Part shown: one piece after another, positions 37,821 through 48,996 of the stretch
Layout of the letters: the number at the start of each line of letters is the position of its first letter
Numbering within the stretch: the stretch's first letter is position 1
Source of the DNA: Camelus dromedarius
Taxonomy: Eukaryota
Reading direction: 5' to 3'
Length of the DNA stretch: 64,000 nt
Assembly: GCF_036321535.1 (NCBI RefSeq)
Contig: NC_087438.1
Location: forward strand, 11,658,001-11,722,000
Notes under the pieces: model-generated
Told to the model about the DNA's origin: nothing
What the model saw: only the letters and a program-made list of their open reading frames with translations
Database searches by the model: none
Program-made: the position numbers and the translations under genes

Positions 37821-40800
37821 CTTTTTTAATCACACAGTTTGTTTTCCATTGAATTATTACCATAAATCTAGAATTACCTAGTTTATTTGCTTATTGTTTA
37901 CTATTTGTCCCTCATCATCAAGAATTTAAATTTTAGAAGCAGAGGTCTTACCTGTTTTAACAAACTGTGTAGCTCTAGAACATAGAGCAGTGCCTGCAAC
38001 ATGGCAGTGATTAATTTATTGAATGAGTGAAAGAAAATCAATAAAAAATATTAATTATTTAATTCATAGTAGGAAAAAAAAAAGATGAAATATTTTAAGG
38101 CTGCCCCTTGACATGAGTAAGATCATCTTCTAAACAAAAAAAAAAAAACACATATTAATCCATTGTTATGCCCTGTTATATTAATAATCTCTATGCATTC
38201 ATCATCACTTGGCATTGAAATTTTCCCACAAGCAATTCAAAGAATGCTTGATGATTTTCTCCTAAAGTTTACTGTAGTAGAGCTTAATCATGTCCAAAAT
38301 GAACTAAGATATTTCTGTCACAGATTTTATTTTATGTAATGTATACTACCTTCAGTCTTAGGAGGGTGTAGGTCAGAGAGAAGAGGCAGACAGGAGGTAA
38401 GGAGATTCCTTCACCAAACTCTCCAAAGAGGTTTCAATATCCTTTCCCCATAGTCTAAGAACCACGTGTCACTCAAAGCTACCCAAAAAGTTATGGTACA
38501 ATTATTTGTAATTTTGTTAGCTTAGCATTTTTCTACTACTTCTCAAATAGCTGAAAAGTCTTGTCTAGATCTGAAGATGCCTTTAATAGAAGCTATGATT
38601 TCTATTATTAAGTACATTTACATACTGCCATTAAGCATGACTGAGAGTCCACCGTGAAAGGTGAAGGACAGATTGGGAGGGGACTGAAAGATAGTTTTGC
38701 ATTCAGGATTTCCTTTCATCCTCCAGGTTAGAGCTTGAGCATGCTTGGTCCTAGAGAACACAGTGTGGGCAAGGACTGTTACCCCCATTCACTGAGTCTT
38801 TCCCTCCAAAGAACTGGAGGTTCCCCAGGAAACTGCCCATCCACTTACCCCCAGTAAAAAGATAAGGGTAAGATGTTGTCAACAAGAGGAAGAAAGAGAT
38901 TGAAGAAGGACAAGAGAAATATTTACTGAATGCTCAGTGTGTGCCTGGCAAATCCTGTGCTCTTCACTACTTTGCTCTCAAGGTTACAACTAATTTTACC
39001 AAAATTGGGTAAAGCTTTTTATTTTCTTTATTTTTTTCTTTCAAATTAATAGAGAGGACACTAACATACACACTTATATTAAAGCCTGCAAATGTAGCAT
39101 AGAAAAGAAGTTGATACTGGGGAGTGGGTGGGGAAGAGAAACGAGCTAATGCACCTCTGGTGGCTTCTGGAATATTCTTTCACAAGGATACAAGTAAAAT
39201 CCTCTAATATTTGTGAGAGATGTTATCCTTCTTCAAATCTTTTTTTTTTTTAAATAGTCTAAACAACCAAAGGAGCCTGTGTAAATTTCTTGAAATAGTT
39301 CCTTGTTTATTTGAACTATTTTGCACTTCAGAGTCATGACACATCAGTGTCAGGGCACAACTGCAAGTCCATATATAACAAAGGCGTGCCCAGAGGGCTC
39401 CTGAAACAAGAGCTTCACGCACATGGGGAGGGTCCCCTGGGCCCAAATTAAGCCTTGGCCACTTGCACATAATTAGCATACCAAAATGAGAAGTGAAACC
39501 AAAAGGCGCATTAGGGCAAAGGAACTCTGTTCCTCTGTTAGGGGTACACTGCCCAGGTGTCACCAGCAAAGTGAACTATGTTGAAGAGATGACAACTGGA
39601 GAAAAAAAACAGATTTTCAGAAAGCAGCTTTCAGAACATACCACCCCTAAAAGGAGGACTGAATAAGAAATGTCTCCTCCATAAGTTCTCCTGTGGACTT
39701 CACCTACACGGACATGCTTCTAGGTATTTGTAATGCCTTCCCAACACAACTGTTTCCAGTCCACCTCTACTTCTGTGGGACTTCATTTGGCTAAATCATA
39801 AGAGCAGCTGTTGAATGATGAGTTATGGGCACCGGGAGGATGCTCAAAGAGCCAAGGATCCAGAAAGCACAAGGCACAGTGCAGTTTTTCTTGGCCCAGT
39901 CCTCCGTGTCTGCCATCCATTTACTTGTAATTGTAGGTGATTATCTCGTCCACTCCCTGCTGCTCTGAAGGGTCGGAAGCACTCCAGCATTGCCCTCGGA
40001 GTCCTCCAGCTCTACTCTTCGAAGGTCCAAAAATAGAACGAAGCTGAGTTTCCTTTGTTCCAATCCCTTCAGCAAACATCAGTCACATCACAGCAAAGCC
40101 ACACACCAAGGCAAAGCAGGAAATGAGTAAAGGAGAAATAGCCTGTTCTCTGGCTGCATCTCCCTGCGTTGGAATACTGCACTCTCCAGTGGAAAATCAT
40201 TTCTGAAGTTCTGTTACAACTGTACAAACTGCTCATCCGGAAAAAAAAAAAAAATGTCACCTTGCTTTCAGCCAGGTGGCAGATTTCATACCAAAAAAAA
40301 GATACCCAGTAGACATTCTAAGCGGTTCATCTTTATCCATGATCATACAGTAAAACTTCCTACAAATTATTCAAATTCTCTGAACAAATGCTAGATGAAT
40401 TCCTTCAACCAGTGACAACCTCAAGAAAGTAAGTGTGTCACACATGGGTAATTTCACATTCAAGGAGTCTTTTTTCATGACATTTTATTTTTTGAAAAGA
40501 GCAGATATGTCTCACTGGAAGCTTTTTTTTCTTTCATTCTAGACTTTTAAAAATAGATCCTGCTCTTAAGACTTTTTCCTATGGTCTGAAGAATGGAACA
40601 TATTTTTCCCAGGCAGATTCAGAATCAGATTATCAGATCAATCTAAGAACAGGTTTAAAAATGATAGCCAGTGGATGGCTAATGTGTGGGAGATAAATGC
40701 AGCTTGATTTCCTTAAGTCATATTCTCACGGCAGAAATGTGAACATGCTGGTTCTCTCTACCTGACCAGAACACTCATTTCATTCATTCATTCATGTCAC

Positions 40801-43800
40801 AATATTCACTGAATGCCCATGAAGTGACCAAGAAAATCGATATTAAGCTACATTGAACTGTGTTACATAATATGTTCTAAAAATCTGTCCCACTCAAAAT
40901 GTTCTTTCTTCTATGGGCAGCTGATTAGAGGCATCAAGAAAGCAAAAAAGAGAAAGGTGTCAAAAGGAAAATACACTTAAAAAGAGCTAGAAAAATGTAG
41001 AAAAGCAGATCCATGTGGGGAAGAAAGTTCTGGAGAGCACCACCCATCAGGACCACATCAGCCTCAATCCTCTCTCCGTAAAGGATAAAAGCAAACACCA
41101 GCCCACAATGCCCTCAGTGGCCTCCGTCTCTTTTTACTACCGTCTCAGGACCACCTGGCTTTGAAGCAAACTGTAAAATCACCATACACATGGCCTATAC
41201 AGTAAATAAGATGGCTATAGTAGGAGACAAAGTGCAATTTCTATATTTTATTCACTAGAGGATCATTAATCTGTTCTACTGAATAAAATGCAGACTTGAG
41301 TGTTTTAAGAATTAGTCAGCAAATGAAATAAAAATAATTTCAAAGGCCGGGGGTTGCCTCATGATGTGTTCTTAGTTTATTTAGACATTTTTAATTATCT
41401 ATAAAATATGTCAGTACATGCATTTAAATATTACACTTTACCATTGTTTCTCAGTTATTCAGGCATGCTGATAAAAAGCTTCCCCTCTGCCTGTTATTTA
41501 CTATTAAACCTACAGAGAATGTTAATAAGAGCAACAGTTAGAGAAAAAGTAAAAGAAATGGGGTGGCTTTGCCACTTCAACCAGGCTGTATGCCTGCAGA
41601 CATTTTTAATCCATAAAATGCGAATACCTGAAGTATTTCAAATGACAGCAAGAATGCTGATAAAATTCATGCTCTGATGTTTTCTTAATACGTTTTCAAA
41701 ATCACAGTCAGTTTTCAATGATAATTCGTCAGCTTCTTCTACTGCATTAGTGACATCATGGGAACAACTTAATCACTTCTGAAGGAAGAAACACCTCTTT
41801 CAGGACAGAGCCCCATTTAGTAAAATAATGATCACAAGGTCCTCAAGAAGTTCATTAAAGTTCTAAACGTTTTGCAAACGTTCTATAGCTCCAGAAGCTG
41901 TACCTTAGAAACATAGCCAAGATGAACCTACCTGGTGCCAACTTCCTCTCTAATTCCAAACTATCATGATAAATCCCAGGGTTTTAAGACTATGGATAAA
42001 AATAAAAAAGACTCTCAAAGTCCTCCTTCTTCCTAGGAGACCCTCCAGTCATTCTCACTGCTGTAAGAAGACTTGTTCCTGACAGCCCATCATATGAGCT
42101 TTAAGGAAAAGCAGCAAGGGGAATACAAACACAAGTGTTAGAGGCGAGCGAAAATGGCCAGGGCCCTATTATTATATGCGGAGGAAGGTGGCCCCCATGC
42201 AAGTCTCCATCCCTACTCCTCAAGTCCTCTGCCAATACTTTCCCCTGGTGCTCCGAGCAACAGAGGAGGAAGGAAAGCGGAGGGATCCCACTGTTCGCTG
42301 TGACTGATGCTCAGCCACCTGCCTGTGCCTTTGTGATTGCCACTCAGGGAGCTCTGGGGCTTCTTCTGCTCACACCCCCCCCCCCAACCAACAGGGGTCT
42401 CTCCAAAGCACAAACACACATGGGTGCCCAATGACAATGCTGAATAGCACTGTCCTGTGCTTTGGCCTCATCAAAAGCATCTCATGACTCTGATTATGAG
42501 CAGACTTCAATAAAGACCCAGGGGGAGGGACACCTGGAGAATAAATATGTTCCCATGTGCTGAGATCATTATATCTTATTACATCTGACTTGTTAATATG
42601 CAGATGCATTCTTTATTATCAGTAACAAATTTGGTCAGAAACCCAGGTGGGCTCTCCTACAAAAAGCAGGGAGTAAAAAGACAGAGGCAAAGAATGACAT
42701 GGAAAGAAGAGTCATTAATTTCATTTTGGTGGCAACAGACTGAAGGAAACAACGGGGACCTGTAAGCACTGTTGCTGTGAGCTAATGAAGGTCCCCATCT
42801 GTTAAATGACAAAACAGGTAAAAATAATCAGAGCCAACATTAAAATGGCACCTACTACGTGCTAGCACTACTCTAAGTACTTCATATGTATATATGTATT
42901 TAAACCTCAAAGTGTGTGTAAAATCGGTGCCACTGTTATTTTTTATAGATGAGTTGCCTGAGGCAGAAATAGTTGAGCCACTCTTCCAAGGTAGCATAGC
43001 TATTGCCTTCCATTAACATTCTGTTTTTCTATGTTTAGATTTTATAGCCCATTTCTTATAACAAGTTTAAAGTTTCCCATACAATACTTTATCTAGTAAA
43101 TGTTATCTCTTCAAACACTTCTATCTCTTGAAAAAGTACTGAAAGCATTCATAAACTTGAATATACTAGCTTAATTAGTTTAGAATATCACCAACATCTC
43201 AAAATAAATTTGGTCTTATGTGTTCTTAGATTCCACTAATTTTATACCATACTATGAGATTCAAAACAAAATTAGCTTTTACTCTTAAGATAACATTAAT
43301 GCATCATCTTGAATATGTTAATCAATAAAAGAGATTCTGCAAGTAGGTAGAAAGGTAAATGCATGTTAATTACTTCTAATGTCTTAATTAACTCCTACTG
43401 CTGATGATACAGTAATTAAGGTTTAAATATATAGGCTACATCATCAGTTTTCTACTGGGTCATGTTGCTGAGCATCACTAAAAATCTCACAAAATGGGGA
43501 GGTTTAGACACAGATTCTCAAGAAAATCTAATCTCAATGAGAAAAACAAGGAAAGCTAAGGTTTTAGACTCATTGCAACATATTTCCCTCATGCACACCT
43601 GCTTCCTGATTAGCTGCTCCGTTCCTTCTCTGTCCCCTTGTCCCTCTGAACACCAAGAGGTGCATCATGTTAATAATCACTTCTGAAAGTTCTTGAGGAT
43701 ATGTATCAAGCACCACTGATAGAGTAAACTCCCATACATTTTTTTTAACCTTCTTTATTTCTGAGCCCTGGGAGAGAAGAAATTGTGGTGCTGTTGACTG

Positions 43801-43889
43801 ATCTGGACCTGACGAGGACCAAATGCAGAGACCAGGGTAAGTTGATAGTGCCATTTTAGAGGCTCTCTCCCATGGTAGATTAAAGGTGT

Positions 43890-44373
43890 CCATCCTCTTT
43901 AAAGAAGGGCAGATTCTAGAGGTGGAGTCTATTTTTCCCTCTCTTGAATCTGGTTGGTCCTTTGACTTACGTGAATCAAAGGAATTCAGCAGACATAAAA
44001 CCATGTCTGCTGAGCCAAAGCTGGGCCTTAAGAGATCTACAGCTTCCACTTTCACACTCTTGGAAACCAGCCATCATATTGTGAGACATCCAAGTCACAT
44101 ATAAAGAGAAGTGAGGTACCAGCTGGCAGCCTCAACGAGCTTCCAGCCAACAGCCAGCACAAACAACAAGTAGAATGAGTGAGCCATTCTTGGCTGTTCC
44201 AGTCCAGTCAAACTGATGGATGAGTACAGCTCCAGAATGACACCACATGTGGAAAAGAACCTCCTAACTGATCTCAATCAACAGGTAGACTCTTAAGAGA
44301 TAATAAACGATAGTTGTTTTAAACCATTAAGTATTTTAAGGAGCTTGTTATACAACAATACAAGGGCTGAAAC
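43890..44373 (+). mobile_element. MaLR solo LTR (MLT1 family)
   Basis: gaggtggagtctatttttccctctcttgaatctgg...ctgggccttaagaga...gagtgagccattcttgg...ttgttttaaaccattaagt. Confidence 0.75.
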
Positions 44374-44464
44374 CCTGCTTGACTCAGCATAACACAGGAT
44401 AAGTTGTGATAGGCCCAGAAACTTCAGGATGGCTATGATGGAGCTGAGAACAGTTTCCAATTAG

Positions 44465-44722
44465 GGCAGAGTGGCTAAGATTGCGGACCCTAGACCCAGA
44501 CTATGCATCCTGGCTTTGCCTTCTACTATATAGAGATGTATGCAGTAGAAGTTACTTAACTCTTCTGTGCCTCAGTTTCACTTTGTATAAAATAGAGATA
44601 ATAATATTCTCTATCTCATAGGTTTGTTTTGAAGATTAAATATCAGTAGCATTATGTATAAAGCACTCAGAACAGTGCCTGGCACAAAGTAACTTTGGGT
44701 AAATGTTTTCTCTCAATGTTAT
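44465..44722 (+). mobile_element. MIR SINE
   Basis: agttacttaactcttctgtgcctcagtttc...tataaaatagagataata...aaagcactcagaacagtgcctggcaca. Confidence 0.8.
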
Positions 44723-47093
44723 CATTCAGTCTTTATTCTGCTCTGCGTCCAAGGAACCATATCTATGGGAAGGCTCTATACTTAGAACAAAGGGATATGG
44801 AAAGTGAAGGGAAGGCCATAACACCATTTCTGTTTGAGGAAATGCATCTCTGCCGTGCCATTAAAGCATGAATGTGATCAATGCTAAATCTGATTGGCCT
44901 CATACCAGCAAAGGAGAAAACCAAAAATCAGAGTAAGTGCCCAGTTATTGGGTCATCAATAACGGAAGTGCCAGACAATTAGTCAAAGTTTATCTGAAGA
45001 TAAACTATTCATATATATAACAATCTGCGCTTTGGGAACCTTATAACTGATTTCTGTACATTAAGAATACTGAGATTTATATGCATATAATGTGGTCCTG
45101 GAAAGTTATTTTCTCAGGCATGATCTGAACTATCATCATCATACTCATATCAGCTTTGCTTCTGAATATTATTTTGTAGTTCACTGGAGCAAACAGATTA
45201 GGCCACAGGTTACGACAACGTTTGCAAATGTCATAATAAAATGAATCCTGAATGTGTCACAATACCAGGTTAGTTTTTAAACTTGAGTAGCTTTTTTCTT
45301 TTGAATTTTTGGTCATATCTTATACACACTGTGGGGAACTGCTTTTCTTAAAATAATTATTGATTGTCTTTTTAAAATGAAATAGAGTATAGTAGTAATC
45401 AATTCATGTTGCTGTAAGATTAGAATTAGTAAATAGTACTTTTTGCCCCAAACTTTCATCTCTTCTCTGTTTTAAAATTACTCAAGGACCTATTTCTACT
45501 TACTTCAAAATGAATCATCCCAAATGAATTAATATTTAGTGGCCATAAGTTAGAGGTTCTGAAATATTTAGCAATCTATTTCAGCTCTTGAACTGAAATA
45601 GACTGGTCACAGCACTTCCAATGGGGCTTTTCACTGGAAACTCAAAGTTCTCCATTTCCCATCTCATATCTCTATTTATAAAATTATTGTAGCTTCAATT
45701 ATACTCCTCATGTCCTGCTATTTGAACATGGTTCCATCTGGTTTTCAAGACAACTATGATGGATCTATAAATTGATATTCAAGTAGTTCAATCAATTAGA
45801 GGTTCTGAGAACATGTGTCAGGTTCTTGCCTGTCTTCGGCATGATAACATCACTCATCCACATTAGTTATTTGCCTTCTTTCCAAATTATTTGTAAGCCT
45901 TAGGTCAGCTTGAGAAATTTCATACTTTCATTTCATGCCTGCTAATCATGCCTTAAATGATGACTATCAGAGATGCAAATTAATTGCAAACTGTATGAAG
46001 GATGCACACATTAAAAACTATGAAATTTAAATTATTAATTCAGCTTCCAGGTTCCTTCTGAAATTACTAACAATTTCACCTATTTTATATTGCTCAATGC
46101 AAACTAAATTTGGTAATTTAAATAGAAACATGGAACATTAGACTTTATTACTTTCTTCCCCTCCTAACTGTTCAAGTCTCTCTTCTTTTTCCTCCCATTA
46201 GCTCCTTTGTCTCTGTGTTTTGAACCTACTTTTTTATGGCTACTAAACTTCAGCCCCATGTCATTATCCGATCTCATCAATTATACATTATTCTGCTTTA
46301 GTTTAAGGTGTCATTCTTAGTATTTTTTATCTTACATTCCACCAGTCTATTCCAAGGACCTGAATCAGTTCCACCATACAAACAAATAAGCAAACAAACA
46401 CAAAAGCCTATTTCCCAAGGGTTTTAGTACACTTATGGGCATTGTGTTATTATGTGATTATATACAAAAAGTTTTAAGAGTATGTACAATTTCAGTAATA
46501 TTATTGAGAGTAACTGTTCGGAATACTTCTGCATCCACTATGTAGTTGAACAGAGCAATGAATGAAAGTAGCTAAAATTTAACTGTGAAAAAACCTCACA
46601 TGAAAAAGAAAGCCTAGTTAAGTGAAAAGAATGTTCAGAACTAGTAGGTTCAATCTCAGTTTCCAGACTAGTAAAATTTTGCTTTACTTGAATCCATTTT
46701 CCATAAATGGAGTCATTTAGGGCTCTAATGCTTAAATTAACAAAATGTGACTAGAATTAATTGTGTAACATTTCTAATTTAAAAAATTGACTTAATTGGG
46801 GTATAAGACATTTTACTAACTTGACCTTTTAGAAACAAAGATGAGGATAGTTTCATCAATAAAAAACAAATTGATAAAGGAAACCATTTGAATAAAACGG
46901 CTTTTGAGTTTCTCAGATAAAAGTGTCACAGATTTCTCAAAGCACATCTCTACAAATTCTAAATCTTGGTTTTACTGTAATTCGCATAAAATGTCTTAAG
47001 TAGCATATGTAAATATCCTTAGTAATAACTGAGCTCAAGTGCACTCATGTTTAGCAAAATTATTTCAGGGGGAAAAATGTCACAAATGTTTAC

Positions 47094-47249
47094 CTGGCAA
47101 GGTTGTTTCATTTTAATGGCTATGACATGGTATCTGTAACAGCAGAGTTCACAGGTCCAAGAACCTCTCTCACTAATCCACTTTAGCAAGCACAGCTGAT
47201 GTGTATACCGAACTGACCCATCGCATCGGCAGGGGTTTAACAGCTCCCC
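47094..47249 (-). CDS. MARCHF11: MARCHF11 coding exon 2 (rest of the C4HC3 RING-CH domain)
   Basis: Acceptor TTCCTTTTCAG|GGG and donor CAG|GTAAAC. 156 nt = 52 codons, [52 protein letters not shown], in frame with exon 1. Typical MARCH4/9/11 RING-CH. Confidence 0.97.
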
Positions 47250-48441
47250 CTGAAAAGGAAACAACTCAGTATCAATATTTAGCTAAAACAAATCCAACCC
47301 TTGCTTTCTTTTCTTTCAAAGTCATTTACTCAGAAAGATACAAGCATCAGATTCTATCTTAGAAAATGAAATTAAATTTTTATACCTCTGATGGGAATGA
47401 AACTAAAGTCTTAAAACTATTTCAAAGATACTACTTAGAGTTATGACATAAATGTTCTACCAACATACAAAATGTCTGCAAGATATAGCTCCAAATACCC
47501 TTGGGGGAAAGCTGTACTATTAAATCTCTTTAATAACTTTTAAGTGGATGGTCAGATGCATTTCCTCTGCAGTTATTCTTGATCATTGCTAAAGAAGAAA
47601 TGCATGCCGTCCCAGAAAGTAGCTTGCAATAGCATTATGCTTTTATTTTTTCTAAATGTAGCATCATAAATATTGACTTAGGGCACTATATTCCTGAAAG
47701 CCTGCATATTCTTATGCAATTTCCTTACTTATAAGTATATTAAACCTAATGTTTTCTCAGACCACACATTTTGTGAGAGATGTATTATCGTGTTATTTCC
47801 ATGATTACTCGAATATAAGTTCGCATGCACCTCTAATGGAGCTTATAATTTTAGAATTGTGTTTCTAATAAAATATAAAGTACATTGTTGGCAAAAAATA
47901 GGCTTTCTTTCACAAGGTCAAAGTATATTTTTATTTCTCTTATGAAAAGTGTAACATTCTTCTCACATCAGTGAGACTGTCACCAAAATTTACAAAAAGG
48001 AAAGAAAGACTCTGCACTTTTTAGTTTTGACGTGACTCACCTCCAGTTTGTACCCTAAGGCTATCTGCTTCACGATACACTTGTAAATAAAGGACTATAG
48101 GTTTGTTTCTATGTATAAGCCAAAATCCATTTAGCAATTTACAAAAAAAAAAATGTACTTATAGCATTATCATTAAAGCACCTGAGGAATGTGTAACTGC
48201 AAAACTAGGTAGAAAAAGAAGTGTACACCAAATTAAACACTGTGTTCGCCACCGGGACATTTTTATTCGCCTTCACAGAAAAGAAAAAAGAAACACACAG
48301 CAGCCGCCACTCAAGGACTCAGCGGAGAACTGAGCTGTGGGCGCTGTCCGTGGTGCTGAAAGGTCGGCAGCGCGAGAGGGAGCCAGCCCAGCCCCGACCG
48401 GAGCCCACCGCCCCCTGCCACGGGGTCCCGCCGGGCCTTAC
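47250..48441 (-). other. MARCHF11: MARCHF11 intron 1 (1192 nt, GT-AG, phase 0)
   Basis: Canonical splice sites join exons 1 and 2 in frame and split the RING-CH domain after CKIC. Confidence 0.93.
48340..48360 (-). promoter_or_regulatory. RE1/NRSE (REST binding site), perfect consensus
   Basis: Plus-strand GGCGCTGTCCGTGGTGCTGAA is the reverse complement of TTCAGCACCACGGACAGCGCC, the canonical 21-bp RE1. It lies about 80 nt into intron 1. Confidence 0.92.
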
Positions 48442-48996
48442 CTGCTCGGCGCCCTGGAAGCAGATCTTGCAGATGGGCTGGTGGTGCTGGTGCTGGTGCC
48501 CGGCGCGCTGATCTCCACCGCCGCTGCTGCTGCTGCGGCTGCTACATACCGAGCGCGTCTCGGGCTGGTCGCTGGCGCCCCTCCGCTCGCCCTCCCCGCC
48601 CGCGCCGGCCTCAGCTTCCCCCGGGTCGCCCTTCCCAGCTGCCGCCTCAGGGACAGCCGCCTCCGGAAGGCGCCTCGGACCTTCCCCGAAGTCGCCAGCC
48701 GCCGACACCTCCTGCCCCGCCGGCGGCAGGGGCAGCGGCGGTGGCTGCGGCAGCTCCTCCGCGCCCCTGTGCCGCGGGACCACCTCGGCTGGCGGCTCGT
48801 CGGGCCCCGCAGGGCGCTCGGGGGACGCGGGCGGCGCGGGCAGCGGCGGCAGGTAGCGCGGGGCCGCGGGGACCGAGGCCGGCTCTCCCGGCGGCGGCGG
48901 CGGCGGCGGCTGCGGGGGAGGCGAAGGGGGCGGCTCGGCGTCCCGGCTCTCTGCCCCGTGGCGCCGACTGCCGCTGTGGCCGCCCTCAAAGCTCAT
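48442..48996 (-). CDS. MARCHF11: MARCHF11 coding exon 1 (Pro/Gly/Ala-rich N-terminus, His-rich stretch, first CxxC of the RING-CH domain)
   Basis: ATG at 48996 in context GCGGCACC-ATG-A. 555 nt = 185 codons, [24 protein letters not shown]...[19 protein letters not shown]. Ends at donor CAG|GTAAGG (GT at 48441-48440), phase 0. Confidence 0.96.

Larger units (their letters stand above)
1..47093 (-). other. MARCHF11: MARCHF11 intron 2 (partial; continues beyond the window start)
   Basis: GT donor at 47093. No transmembrane-encoding exon was recognised by eye or in the ORF track between 1 and 47093, and the region is repeat-rich. Confidence 0.75.

Noticed and set aside
43570..44104. 161-aa and 72-aa ORFs
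   Set aside because: They largely overlap an MLT1 LTR and show no recognisable domain.
46144..47093. Possible RING-only isoform by read-through of the exon 2 donor (stop at 47019) and an intronic AATAAA at 46149-46144
   Set aside because: The donor is canonical and AATAAA is frequent in AT-rich introns. There is no transcript evidence available here.
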